Shown: positions 1 through 9,798 of the stretch, piece after piece
How positions within the stretch are numbered: position 1 is the first letter of the stretch
Layout of the letters: every line of letters starts with the position of its first letter
Source of the DNA: Candidatus Cloacimonadales bacterium
GTDB lineage: Bacteria; Cloacimonadota; Cloacimonadia; Cloacimonadales; JAIOQZ01
Direction of reading: 5' to 3'
Length of the DNA stretch: 64,000 nucleotides
Assembly (NCBI GenBank): GCA_963665815.1
Contig: OY762463.1
Coordinates: 2,400,001 to 2,464,000 of the forward strand
Notes under the pieces: generated by a model
The model's input: only the letters and a program-made list of their open reading frames with translations
What the model was told of the DNA's origin: nothing
Database searches by the model: none
Translations under genes and position numbers: made by a program

Positions 1-348
1 TGCCAGAGTAAACACTTTCTCAGACATGAGGTCTACATCAAGGTATTCCACATCAAAAGCCTGAATAGCAAAACCGGCTTTACCAAACTTGGGTATATCA
101 TAAGAAAAACTGAAAGTCTTGTTTACCATGAAATTTTCGTTAAAAAGTTTAGTATAACCAAATTTTACCTGATCTTCCGTTAAAACAAGACACGCCGGAT
201 TATAGAATATTGAAGTTACATCATCTCCGGAAGAATAATAAGCTCCCCCCATTCCACGGGCAGCAACTGATGGAGTATAATCTTTAAAGATTGCATTAAG
301 ACTGAATATACTGAATACGATTGCGAATATAATTATTAATCTTTTCAT
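1..348 (-). CDS. PorV/PorQ-family outer-membrane protein, N-terminal part (runs off the window's left edge)
   Basis: Manual translation from ATG at 348 (RBS AAGGAG): MKRLIIIFAIVFSIFSLNAIFKDYTPSVAARGMGGAYYSSGDDVTSIFYNPA. Signal peptide plus the ARxxGMGGA...D.xSxFYNPA motif of the PorV/PorQ/FadL-like family. Not in the ORF track. Confidence 0.75.
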   Translation of the reverse strand, partial: MKRLIIIFAIVFSIFSLNAIFKDYTPSVAARGMGGAYYSSGDDVTSIFYNPACLVLTEDQVKFGYTKLFNENFMVNKTFSFSYDIPKFGKAGFAIQAFDVEYLDVDLMSEKVFTLA

Positions 349-359
349 TTCATACTCCT

Positions 360-3300
360 TTATAAAGGTCTTCCAATTACAATTGGGACTGTTTCCGTTT
401 TCTTGTTACCTTTATTCTGGTCTGTTACCTCTAAATGACATATATACAAGCCTATTGGCAGAATCTTCTGATGCGAATACTTTCCATCCCACTCATAGGT
501 GAAATGTCCGTCAGTTTCAGTTACAACTCTATCAACAAGTGTCTGTATGAATTTACCTTCAGCATTATATATATTAATTATAACCTTACTTCCCTGTTTC
601 ACGAAGTAATTTATATCAAAAGTTTCGCCATCATAAGGATTGAATGGCTTTGGCTCAACTTTCAAAACTGCTCTGTAAGTAGACACAGGATATACAACAT
701 CAAGTGCTTCCTCTGAATTCAATGAATATTCTTCACTGGAGAATCCATCGTTGTCAGCTGCATAAATTTTAAAATGAAGTGTGTTACCTGTATTATTACC
801 TTTAGGTATCAGTGAAACCTCATAATGTGTTGAGTCCACAAAAGGATTACCTGTATTTGAATCAACTTGTTCCATAATAGCAGAATATGTTGAATTATTG
901 TAATCAATAGTATACTGAAGACTCACATCTTCAATAATTCCGTCGGTATCAAAGACATTACATTCAAATTTAAGAGTATCATTCGGTTCAGGATTATTCA
1001 GAGGTTCTGTTCTTCCGAAATTCCAGACAACAGGTGCTCTATCGGCAACATCAACTATAATTTCGTCAGTTTTGATATAGTTTCCACTTGTATCTACTGC
1101 TGTAATCTGAATAAGATAGTTACCGTAAGTACCAATTGCATCATCGTAAGCAGGAAGAATTGCCTGATAGATGTCTCCACCAATATTGGTGAATAATGTA
1201 TCGGCTACAAATTCCATGTCCACATCAGATCCGTATTCTACGTATATTGAATCAATTTCACCTTCAGGATTTGTGTCAACAGCGTTAATTCTTATTCTAA
1301 TCTGTTCATCTCTGAATGGAACTTTTACAAGAGAAGCTCCATTATAAATCCAGGTATTCATTGCATCAGAGATTATCTGCATGCCTGAAATTTGAGGTTT
1401 ACCGCTTAAAAGATTTATTGTAGTTTTAGTAGAATTCTTTTCGCTGTTATCAACATAGTTAACTTCAATATAGAAATCATAATCATGCAGATCATTATAT
1501 ACAGGATCAAGATTGTAACTTGTCACAGGAGGAATTACTGCAGAGTATATATCAGGATATTCCATTTCCATAGCCTTATTGAGATATTGATTGTGCTCAA
1601 TCGGCTTATAATAAAGTACAACGTCACTGATTTCCGGAATTGTAAGCTTCTGCATCAGTCCGGAAACTTTTGTATCAAGCATAATTGTTATTTCATCATC
1701 AATATAGGCAGGATCCGGATTCCAACTAACTTTATCATCCGAAATTGCATCGAAATCGTAAATATCTTCCGTGTAAGCTGGTGCTATCTGAGATGTTCCA
1801 TTGTAAGATCCGATAATTCCTGCAAAGCCAACATAATGTCCCGGCTTTATAAAATCAGTATTAATATTGGCAGAGTCCCAGACTCTCATTGTAATATCAT
1901 TTCCTGAGTTATCTGCAACTGTGATATTGGCACCACCACCGGCATATCCAACCTCAGTAATTCTACCATTCATTAATACAAGAGTTCCTTCATAGGCTAA
2001 GTAGTCTGCTGCCTGTTCAAAATTGATAGTTTCTATAATGTGATCAAAAGGCTGATTTTCAGCTATGATCTGGTAGCTGCTTTCCCAATCCGTAATTTCT
2101 GTTGTTCCATTATACTCATCAACAGTACCGGTAACCTTCACTTTGTTTCCTCTGGCAAAATCAGTATATAGTTGAGGAGTTATATCATCTCCGTAAAGCT
2201 GAATACCTCTGCCGGATCCATCCTGAATATAAATGTTTATTTTGTCTGTTCTGAGAACACCAACTTCAACTGTCACCGTTCCCATGACTGTAACATTTCT
2301 GCCAAGCCAATAGTCTGTATCAGACTGAATATCGTAGATTGGAGTAACTGTAGGATCTGTATCGGAAATTTCAACTATTGCTTCTGCAAAGTTAGTTATC
2401 TCAATTGTTTCATTAACAACAAAAGAAGTGACAACAAGTGTATCTGTTCCAAGGCTTCTTGCCATGAAGTTAAGATCAATCAATGAACCTGCACCTGTAA
2501 AGATTTCAGGACTGTCATAAACAATATCTATAGTATGAGTTTCTTCATTAACTGTCAGATAACGGGAATCGTAGAAGACTGCACTTTCAGTATTCCAGTT
2601 GTATAACCTCAAAATATTACTGTCATAAGCAAGGCTTAACTCAATCTTACTGACATTCCATAAATCAAGAATTTCCGGAACTACAATACTTGCAGAAACG
2701 ATATCATTGATCATTCCGTCAGAAGCTTCAATAACAACAATCAGATCATTGATATCTGTTGATCTGATTACATCTGACTGACCTCTTGGATTAATTCCGA
2801 AATAGTCATAGCTGAAATCTACAATACCTCTGATAATAGCAAAGTTATCTCCTGTATTAATTGGAGATGGCAGGAATCCAAAACTGTCATCAATCTGACA
2901 TTCATCGGAAGCATTCCCGTCGGTAACATACCATTCGTTGTGATTATCAGGTGCTTGAGTTACAGTAACATCCCTGATTTCAACGAGAACAGATTCCCAT
3001 TGCTCTTCATTTGCTGCCTGGGCTGTTGTTATAACCGTTGGGGCAGGAAGTGCATTTCCGGTACTGATAAGCTGATATGAAGATATTGATGTCAACTCGG
3101 TAAAGCCGTAATATTCATCAATAGTACCTTTAACTCTAACTAAATCACCAACATTGGGATCATTTGTAAAGTCATATACATAGAGACCACTCCAGGCTCC
3201 GCCTTGAGGATCAGAGATAAAATACTTGTTTGTACTGTATCCGTATCCAGTTACAATTCCTTCAACTTCAACAACATCTCCGTCAAAGGAAGAAGGTCCG

Positions 3301-3410
3301 TCATTACTTGTATCTTCGGTATACTGAATATCATGAATAGTTTCCAATGCTGCCAGATTAACAATTGAAAGCATTGTAATTAACATGAGTATCAGGGCAA
3401 ATTTTTTCAT
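360..3410 (-). CDS. Large secreted protein: OB-fold repeats, cohesin-like domain, Ig-like repeats, C-terminal FlgD-Ig (T9SS-like sorting) domain
   Basis: Signal peptide. Repeated 'IxDIQ...V.V.G.VT' and 'G..V.V.GT.DEY.G.TE' OB-fold modules. 'LAYDSNIL...GSLIDLNF' is cohesin-like. C-terminal 'PKPFNP...INIYNAEGKFIQTL...YEWDGK...LPIGLYI' is FlgD-Ig-like. Confidence 0.75.
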   Translation of the reverse strand: MKKFALILMLITMLSIVNLAALETIHDIQYTEDTSNDGPSSFDGDVVEVEGIVTGYGYSTNKYFISDPQGGAWSGLYVYDFTNDPNVGDLVRVKGTIDEYYGFTELTSISSYQLISTGNALPAPTVITTAQAANEEQWESVLVEIRDVTVTQAPDNHNEWYVTDGNASDECQIDDSFGFLPSPINTGDNFAIIRGIVDFSYDYFGINPRGQSDVIRSTDINDLIVVIEASDGMINDIVSASIVVPEILDLWNVSKIELSLAYDSNILRLYNWNTESAVFYDSRYLTVNEETHTIDIVYDSPEIFTGAGSLIDLNFMARSLGTDTLVVTSFVVNETIEITNFAEAIVEISDTDPTVTPIYDIQSDTDYWLGRNVTVMGTVTVEVGVLRTDKINIYIQDGSGRGIQLYGDDITPQLYTDFARGNKVKVTGTVDEYNGTTEITDWESSYQIIAENQPFDHIIETINFEQAADYLAYEGTLVLMNGRITEVGYAGGGANITVADNSGNDITMRVWDSANINTDFIKPGHYVGFAGIIGSYNGTSQIAPAYTEDIYDFDAISDDKVSWNPDPAYIDDEITIMLDTKVSGLMQKLTIPEISDVVLYYKPIEHNQYLNKAMEMEYPDIYSAVIPPVTSYNLDPVYNDLHDYDFYIEVNYVDNSEKNSTKTTINLLSGKPQISGMQIISDAMNTWIYNGASLVKVPFRDEQIRIRINAVDTNPEGEIDSIYVEYGSDVDMEFVADTLFTNIGGDIYQAILPAYDDAIGTYGNYLIQITAVDTSGNYIKTDEIIVDVADRAPVVWNFGRTEPLNNPEPNDTLKFECNVFDTDGIIEDVSLQYTIDYNNSTYSAIMEQVDSNTGNPFVDSTHYEVSLIPKGNNTGNTLHFKIYAADNDGFSSEEYSLNSEEALDVVYPVSTYRAVLKVEPKPFNPYDGETFDINYFVKQGSKVIINIYNAEGKFIQTLVDRVVTETDGHFTYEWDGKYSHQKILPIGLYICHLEVTDQNKGNKKTETVPIVIGRPL

Positions 3411-3922
3411 TCATCCTCCACGATGGGATTTTCTTTATTAATTTTTTTCTCGTAAAATAATATATAAATAATATACAAACCTATTGCTACGCATATCGCA
3501 CTGTCTGCAACATTAAAAATTGGCCATCTTTCCATCAGAAAATCAGGAAAATCAAAATCCAGAAAATCTGTAACCGAGCCAAGATATATTCTATCAATAA
3601 GATTACCTACAGCTCCGGCAATAATCAATGAAAAACTGACAGTCTGCAGTTTATGTTCTGATTTAATAATAAGCCATACCAGTATTCCTATAACAACAAA
3701 ACTGATAACTGAGAATATAATTCTATTCAGAAAAGGTGACCCCAGAGTAAAACTGAATGCAGCTCCGGGATTCTGTGTATGAGTAATACGGAAAAAGTCT
3801 CCGATTACCGGGATAGAATGGAAATGAGTCTTGTTTTCAAAGAAAAATCTGACATAAATCTTTGAAACTTGATCCAGCACAATGATAACAAAAGAGAGTA
3901 TCAGATATTTTAAGTTCTTCAT
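3407..3922 (-). CDS. lspA: Lipoprotein signal peptidase II
   Basis: NPGAAF, GAVGNLIDR, VTDFLD and PIFNVAD motifs; hydrophobic helices. Confidence 0.97.
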   Translation of the reverse strand: MKNLKYLILSFVIIVLDQVSKIYVRFFFENKTHFHSIPVIGDFFRITHTQNPGAAFSFTLGSPFLNRIIFSVISFVVIGILVWLIIKSEHKLQTVSFSLIIAGAVGNLIDRIYLGSVTDFLDFDFPDFLMERWPIFNVADSAICVAIGLYIIYILFYEKKINKENPIVEDE

Positions 3923-4314
3923 CTTCTTCTTTTCTTTTTTTCTTCTGAAGATTTACATTCAATACAATACTTTGCATAAGGAAGGATCTTTAATCGAGGT
4001 TCGGGAATATAAGTTCCACAAATTTCGCAAATTCCATATGTTTTATCAAATACTCGTTTCAATGCCAAATTGAGAGCTTTGAGTTTTTCCTGTTCTCTTT
4101 CTAACAGATATGCTTCTTTCTCTCTATTATCGGTTTCAGTTCCCTGATCAGCCTGATGCAGAGAAAAAGATGAGTGATCACCGGAACTTTCTTTAGAAGA
4201 TTTTTTCTGATAATCATAAATCTGATTAATAATATCCAATGTTTCTTTCTTCTCGTTTTGAAGAACCTGCTCATATTCTTTCAGCTTTTCCGATGGTAGG
4301 CTTTTCATTGACAT
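3919..4314 (-). CDS. dksA: DksA/TraR C4-type zinc-finger protein
   Basis: Coiled coil with HQADQG tip; YGICEICG...PYAKYCIEC zinc finger. Confidence 0.85.
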   Translation of the reverse strand: MSMKSLPSEKLKEYEQVLQNEKKETLDIINQIYDYQKKSSKESSGDHSSFSLHQADQGTETDNREKEAYLLEREQEKLKALNLALKRVFDKTYGICEICGTYIPEPRLKILPYAKYCIECKSSEEKKKRRR

Positions 4315-5141
4315 TTTTCATCCTCCAGATGTAGTCTATATAAGAATTCCTTTATGATGGTTAAAAGGTTTTTCTGTGCTATTCCTGCATTTTTTCTTAT
4401 CTCTTCCTGTGAATGTGAGGAAGAATGGAATATATTCCCGTAATTTGTTACGGATGAAATGCCAAGAACATTAATTCCGGAATGAACAGCTACTATTGTT
4501 TCCGGAACTGTTGACATTCCGACAAGATCAGCCCCCAGTCTCTGAAACATGATACATTCAGCTCTTGTTTCAAGGGATGGTCCAGTTACAGCAGCGTAAG
4601 TTCCATTAAAAACTTCTATTGAATGCTCAGCGGCTATTGAGTTAGCAAGTTCCACAAAATGTCTGTTGTATGGTTCATGCAGACTTGGAAATCTTTCGCC
4701 GAACTCATCCATGTTTTTCCCAATTAAAGGATTTGTTCCCATAAAATTTATATGATCATTCAGGACTACGAGAGAGCCCGGATACATTTTTTCATTAAGA
4801 CTTCCTGATGCATTAGTTACAATCAGGTTTTTAACTCCAAGTTGTTTGAATACTCTTATCGGATAAGTAATCTGCTCCATTGTGTAGCCTTCATAATAAT
4901 GCAGACGTCCCTGCATTACGACTACAGGATGATTGGAAATATAACCGAAGACAAGTCTTCCTTTATGAGATGGAGCCGTAGATACTGAAAATCCCGGTAT
5001 CTCAGAATAAGGTACTATTATCGGATTTTCAACGCTGTCTGCAAGTTCACTCAATCCTGTTCCGAGAATTATGGCAGTTTCAGGAGTAAATGAAATCTTA
5101 GTCTTTAAAAAGTGGTTCGTGTTCTTCAAATTGCAAATCAT
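4305..5141 (-). CDS. punA: Purine-nucleoside phosphorylase (trimeric type)
   Basis: AIILGTGL, QGRLHYYEGY, VTNASG, DHINF, GPSLET and VGMSTVPE motifs. Start placed at ATG 5141 because the upstream part of the track ORF overlaps divIVA; exact start uncertain. Confidence 0.92.
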   Translation of the reverse strand: MICNLKNTNHFLKTKISFTPETAIILGTGLSELADSVENPIIVPYSEIPGFSVSTAPSHKGRLVFGYISNHPVVVMQGRLHYYEGYTMEQITYPIRVFKQLGVKNLIVTNASGSLNEKMYPGSLVVLNDHINFMGTNPLIGKNMDEFGERFPSLHEPYNRHFVELANSIAAEHSIEVFNGTYAAVTGPSLETRAECIMFQRLGADLVGMSTVPETIVAVHSGINVLGISSVTNYGNIFHSSSHSQEEIRKNAGIAQKNLLTIIKEFLYRLHLEDEKCQ

Positions 5142-6120
5142 CTTCAAAATCTTCTTCGTTTTTATTTTTATTCTGATCATTTGATTCAGGTTCAGACTGA
5201 GTTTTTTCTTCTTCCTGATCTTCATGTTCATTTATTAATGATTCTGAGTTGTTCAATGTTTCATCTATCGCATTGCTCAATTCTTCTGTCAGAGAATCAT
5301 CGAAACTTTTTTCAGCTTTTTTGTCAGAAATACCAAAAATTGCTTCCAGGCTTATATCCTCTTCCTCTTCTTCCTGAGGAGTCTCATACTGTTCCTGTGT
5401 TTCTTCCTGAACTTCATCATCATCAAATTGTAAATTACTGTTTATCTCAGATTGCTCAGTATTAGTTGTTTCTTGAGTTTCCTCTTCCTGTAGAGATTCA
5501 GTTTTTTCTGTTTCAGTCAGTTCGTTTTTGAGGTTTCTAACTTCATTTATCAGATTTCTGTTAAGTTTTTCTTTCTCAACTTTCATTTCTCTGTCTTTAT
5601 CAAAAACAGGATCCTGTTCGATCTTTTCGAGCCATTCAATAAGTTCAGCTCTGAAATTCATCAGGAAATCTTTCTTGCGATCTTTAAGATCAGTAAGTTC
5701 GGATTCCATAGTATTTTGATAATCAGTCGCCTCTCTAAGCAGAACTTCTACTTTCTGTTCAGCTTCACTGATTATTGCAGCAGCCTGTTGTTTTGCTTCG
5801 GAAATAATTTTCATTTTCATTTCCTCAGCCATTACAAGTGTTCTTCCGATTAAGTCTTCGGAAGCAGCTACCTGAGGTTTAGGTGGAGGTGTAGGTTCTG
5901 GTTGGGCTTGCACAGGTTTTTCCTGAACAACAGGTTCTTCTCTAATTACCTCTTGCACATTTGTATCGTCAAAGAGCTTTGCCCCGCTCAATTGGATATC
6001 TTCCAGTTGATTGGAGATCAAATTCAGAAATTCACGCACTTCTTCTTTTTTGTAACCTGCCAGTGCAGTTGAAAATTCTTTGTGTCGAATATCAACAGGT
6101 GTTAAAGCCAGATCTTCCAT
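5098..6120 (-). CDS. DivIVA-domain protein with long acidic C-terminal tail
   Basis: N-terminal LTPVDIRHKEFSTALAGYKKEEVREFL DivIVA motif; coiled coil; lies next to yggT. Confidence 0.88.
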   Translation of the reverse strand: MEDLALTPVDIRHKEFSTALAGYKKEEVREFLNLISNQLEDIQLSGAKLFDDTNVQEVIREEPVVQEKPVQAQPEPTPPPKPQVAASEDLIGRTLVMAEEMKMKIISEAKQQAAAIISEAEQKVEVLLREATDYQNTMESELTDLKDRKKDFLMNFRAELIEWLEKIEQDPVFDKDREMKVEKEKLNRNLINEVRNLKNELTETEKTESLQEEETQETTNTEQSEINSNLQFDDDEVQEETQEQYETPQEEEEEDISLEAIFGISDKKAEKSFDDSLTEELSNAIDETLNNSESLINEHEDQEEEKTQSEPESNDQNKNKNEEDFEDDLQFEEHEPLFKD

Positions 6121-6138
6121 ATTACCTCCTGTATAACT

Positions 6139-6402
6139 TTAAAAACCATAGAACAAAATTATAATCAATTTTCTAATACCTTGTATCAATAATACTGCTA
6201 TAATAATTGAAAAATCAATTGGTGATCCCGGCAGCAGTTTATGTGTAATACCTCTTATTCTTGAAAGCACAGGCTCTGTAAGATTCAGCAATATCTGATA
6301 AAGAGGATTATAAGGACTGGGAGAAAACCAGGATATCAATGCCCTGATAATCAGAATCAGAATATACAGATCAAGAAGCCTGAAAATAAAAGCAACCAAC
6401 AT
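6139..6402 (-). CDS. yggT: YggT family membrane protein
   Basis: IRALISWF.P.PYNP...LTEPVL..IR...IDFS motif. Confidence 0.92.
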   Translation of the reverse strand: MLVAFIFRLLDLYILILIIRALISWFSPSPYNPLYQILLNLTEPVLSRIRGITHKLLPGSPIDFSIIIAVLLIQGIRKLIIILFYGF

Positions 6403-6962
6403 TAATCCAATACCTCATGACAAATTCTGCATCGGGCTTCATATATATCGCCAGAACCAACAACTATTTTTTTATCATCATGGCTCAGTCTCTGAGTTCT
6501 GTTTGCAGGATTGCCACAGACAACACAGATTGCCGATACTTTTGTAATATATTCTGCAATTGCCAGTAAATGAGGAACAGGCTCAAAAGGTTCTCCACGA
6601 AAATCCTGATCCAGACCGGCTACTATTACTCTTTTACCATCATCAGCAAGTTTGTTACAAGCATCAATAATACCTTTATCAAAAAACTGCACTTCATCTA
6701 TTGCTACAACTTCAGTATCTGCTTCAACCATGGACATTATTTCTTCAGAAGTATTAACGGCAGCAGACTGAATCTTCATGCTGCTATGAGAAACAACATA
6801 TTCCGTTTCATATCTGTCATCTATCTCAGGTTTGAAAACCTGAATTTTCTGTTTAGCATATTGAGCTCTGCGAACTCTTCTGATAAGCTCCTCTGTTTTA
6901 CCGCTGAACATGCTTCCGCATATTACTTCTATCCAGCCGCTATTACGTTGAATTACGTTCAT
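6402..6962 (-). CDS. tdk: Thymidine kinase
   Basis: [12 protein letters not shown]-loop, IDEVQF, CVVCG and YEARCRIC zinc lasso. Confidence 0.98.
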   Translation of the reverse strand: MNVIQRNSGWIEVICGSMFSGKTEELIRRVRRAQYAKQKIQVFKPEIDDRYETEYVVSHSSMKIQSAAVNTSEEIMSMVEADTEVVAIDEVQFFDKGIIDACNKLADDGKRVIVAGLDQDFRGEPFEPVPHLLAIAEYITKVSAICVVCGNPANRTQRLSHDDKKIVVGSGDIYEARCRICHEVLD

Positions 6963-7067
6963 GTAACCTCATTTCGATATATAAATTTACATTCTTCCAG
7001 TGTCTGTCATATATCCTCTGCATGTGTATATATGTCAATATTTTTTCAATACATACATGCACTGCTT

Positions 7068-8018
7068 TTATTCCGAGATTACTGTTTCCTCAAACTTATC
7101 CATATTTTCAGCAATCCATTTTTCTGCTGAGAATGCTGCAATTGCGCCTTCACTCGAAGCTGTTACTACCTGACGCAAAACTTTATGCACAATATCACCT
7201 GCCGCATATACTCCCGGGATGTTTGTATGCATTTCTTCATCTGTGAGAATAAATCCTTGTTCATCCAACTCTACCCTGGATTCTACAAGCTGATTGTTCG
7301 GAATAATACCAACATAAACAAACACACCATCAACAGGAAGTGTTGAAATCTGCTCTGTTTTTCGATTGTACAGCTCTATCTGCTGAACAAAATCTTCTCC
7401 CTGAATCTCCTGCACAACAGTATCCCATATAAACTCAATCTTAGGATTTTTAAATGCTCTTTTCTGCACTGCATGAACAGCTCTGAGTTTATCTCTTCTA
7501 TGAATTATATATACTTTTTCAGCGAATCTGGTAAGGAACATTCCTTCTTCAACAGCAGAATCTCCACCACCTATAACGGCTACGGTTTTCCCTCTGTACA
7601 ATGCTCCGTCACAGGTTGCACAATATGATACTCCACGACCTGTCAGCTTTTCTTCACCGGGGACAGCCAGTTTTCTCGGATGAGCTCCCGCAGCGAATAT
7701 TACAGACTTAACTCTGTATTTTGCTTTATCTGTCTCTATAATTTTACAGAGACCTTCAATACCTATGGCAGTAACATCTTCCTGTAAAATTTCAGCATTA
7801 AATTTCTCTGCCTGAGTTTTCATTTTATCTGCTATCTCAAATCCAGAAATACTGTTTTCAAATCCAGGATAGTTCTCAACTTCAGTTGTTAGAACAATCT
7901 GACCACCAATAAGGCCTTTTTCAAAAACAATTGTACTTAATCCACCACGAGCAGCATAAACAGCAGCACTTAATCCTGCCGGTCCCGCTCCGATAATAGC
8001 TATATCATATTTGTTCAT
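7068..8018 (-). CDS. trxB: Thioredoxin-disulfide reductase
   Basis: GAGPAG, GVSYCATCDG, GGGDSA and YAAGD motifs. Confidence 0.98.
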   Translation of the reverse strand: MNKYDIAIIGAGPAGLSAAVYAARGGLSTIVFEKGLIGGQIVLTTEVENYPGFENSISGFEIADKMKTQAEKFNAEILQEDVTAIGIEGLCKIIETDKAKYRVKSVIFAAGAHPRKLAVPGEEKLTGRGVSYCATCDGALYRGKTVAVIGGGDSAVEEGMFLTRFAEKVYIIHRRDKLRAVHAVQKRAFKNPKIEFIWDTVVQEIQGEDFVQQIELYNRKTEQISTLPVDGVFVYVGIIPNNQLVESRVELDEQGFILTDEEMHTNIPGVYAAGDIVHKVLRQVVTASSEGAIAAFSAEKWIAENMDKFEETVISE

Positions 8019-8030
8019 TTATCCTCCAAT

Positions 8031-8420
8031 TTAAGAAAGTTTGAATGATTCCGGTAGTAATTTTTTAATATTGGATTTTACTACTTTATTTTGATTTGCA
8101 TAAATTATAGTCATATCATCACTGAATTCTGCGATTACCTGTCTGCATGCTCCACAGGGAGGAAAAAGAGTGTCTGACTGTACGTAAACGGCAAGACTTT
8201 CGAACTCCTTTTCTCCTTCCGAAACAGCTTTGAATATGGCTGTTCTTTCAGCACAATTAGTAAGAGAATAAGATGCGTTTTCAACATTACATCCAGTGTA
8301 TATTTTTCCGGCTGCAGTTTGCAATGCAGCACCGACTTTATACCCGGAATAAACAGCATAAGCATTTTCGGAAGCTTTTCTTGCCAGATCTACTAACTCT
8401 TTTTCTTTCTTATCAAGCAT
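8031..8420 (-). CDS. cdd: Cytidine deaminase (homotetrameric)
   Basis: GCNVENASY, CAER and PCGACRQ motifs. Confidence 0.97.
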   Translation of the reverse strand: MLDKKEKELVDLARKASENAYAVYSGYKVGAALQTAAGKIYTGCNVENASYSLTNCAERTAIFKAVSEGEKEFESLAVYVQSDTLFPPCGACRQVIAEFSDDMTIIYANQNKVVKSNIKKLLPESFKLS

Positions 8421-8434
8421 AATTACCTCATTTT

Positions 8435-8890
8435 CTAATAATGATACTTCTTTCCGTTAATTATTGTACATGCTCTGTACAATTGTTCAGACAGTATAAC
8501 TCTGATCATCTGATGAGTGAATGTACTCTTAGAAAAACTTAAAATTTTATCGGAATTTGCAAGTATATTTTTGGATAATCCGTAAACTCCACCAATAACA
8601 AATTGTATTTTATAGTTGTTTTGCTCAATAAACTTTGCAAATTTTACGGAAGTCATCTGATCACCATGTTCGTCCAGAGCAACAGTCAGCATGGTCGGAT
8701 CAAGTTTCTTATGTATCAATTCCCCTTCTGCCTTTTTAACCATTTCAATATTGTTTGATTTCTTCAATTTAACATCGGGCAGAACATCTATTTTTATCTT
8801 AATATAAACGGATGCTCTTTTGATATATTCATCAAGAGCATCCTTAATATAGTTCTGTTTTGTTTTTCCAACACAGATAATTCTAATCAT
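8435..8890 (-). CDS. rlmH: 23S rRNA pseudouridine-1915 N3-methyltransferase
   Basis: ICVGK, FVIGGVYG and TFTHQMIRVILSEQLYRA...YH SPOUT motifs. Confidence 0.97.
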   Translation of the reverse strand: MIRIICVGKTKQNYIKDALDEYIKRASVYIKIKIDVLPDVKLKKSNNIEMVKKAEGELIHKKLDPTMLTVALDEHGDQMTSVKFAKFIEQNNYKIQFVIGGVYGLSKNILANSDKILSFSKSTFTHQMIRVILSEQLYRACTIINGKKYHY

Positions 8891-8893
8891 AGA

Positions 8894-9787
8894 TTAAGCA
8901 CTCAAAACTCCAAGAGCCATTGAAAGCATTTTTGTTTCAGCAGTATCTGCTCTGGAAGCGATAAGTACAGGAACCTGAGCTCCCATTACAACGTGTGCTA
9001 CTCTGTAGCCACAATAATATGTGAGGGCTTTCCCAAAAATGTTTCCGGATTCTATGTTAGGCACAACAAGAATGTCTGCATTTCCTGCCACTTCGGATTT
9101 AATACCTTTCATTCTGGCAGCCTCTTCACTGATAGCATTATCAAAAGCAAGAGGTCCATCAACGATACAACCTTTAATTTGTCCTCTCTGATTCATTTTT
9201 GCAATCAGAGCAGCATCAAGTGTACATTGCATCTTTGGGTTAACAACTTCAACAGCTGCAAGCAGAGCAACCTTTGGAACTTCTATCCCCATAGCATGAC
9301 CAACAGTTACAGCATTTTTTACAATAGATACCTTTTCTTTTACTTCCGGGTAAAGGTTAATTCCACCGTCACTCATAAGTATAAGTTTCTCAGGTGTTTC
9401 GTAGACAAGTACATCACTCAGAATATTACCTGTCCTTAAGCCTCTGTCTTTATCCAGCACAGCTTTCAACAACATTGCCGTATCGCATTTACCTTTAAGT
9501 ATCAGATGACCTTTTTTATCTTTAACAGCTTTTACTGCAGCTTTACAGGCAGCAGGCATATCATCACCGGTATCAATAATTTCAAAGCTGTCTTTGAAAT
9601 CAGCATGATTTTCTTCGAGGTGTTTTCTTATCCATTCTTCATTACCTGTAAGTAATGAATCTGCAAAATTCTCTTTTTTAGCGAGAACAGCGGCCTCTAT
9701 TGCGGATGGTGTGTGAGCTGCAGCAATTACTACAGTTTTATTTTCTTTTTCCTTCAGAGTGTTAAGCAGTTCTTCGAAGTTTCTCAC
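8894..9787 (-). CDS. ptb: Phosphate butyryltransferase / phosphate acetyltransferase family
   Basis: ILKG..DT, SDGGIN, LAAVEVVNPKM, VDGPLAFDNA, ASRAD motifs. GTG start. Confidence 0.9.
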   Translation of the reverse strand: MRNFEELLNTLKEKENKTVVIAAAHTPSAIEAAVLAKKENFADSLLTGNEEWIRKHLEENHADFKDSFEIIDTGDDMPAACKAAVKAVKDKKGHLILKGKCDTAMLLKAVLDKDRGLRTGNILSDVLVYETPEKLILMSDGGINLYPEVKEKVSIVKNAVTVGHAMGIEVPKVALLAAVEVVNPKMQCTLDAALIAKMNQRGQIKGCIVDGPLAFDNAISEEAARMKGIKSEVAGNADILVVPNIESGNIFGKALTYYCGYRVAHVVMGAQVPVLIASRADTAETKMLSMALGVLSA

Positions 9788-9798
9788 ATTTATCTCCT

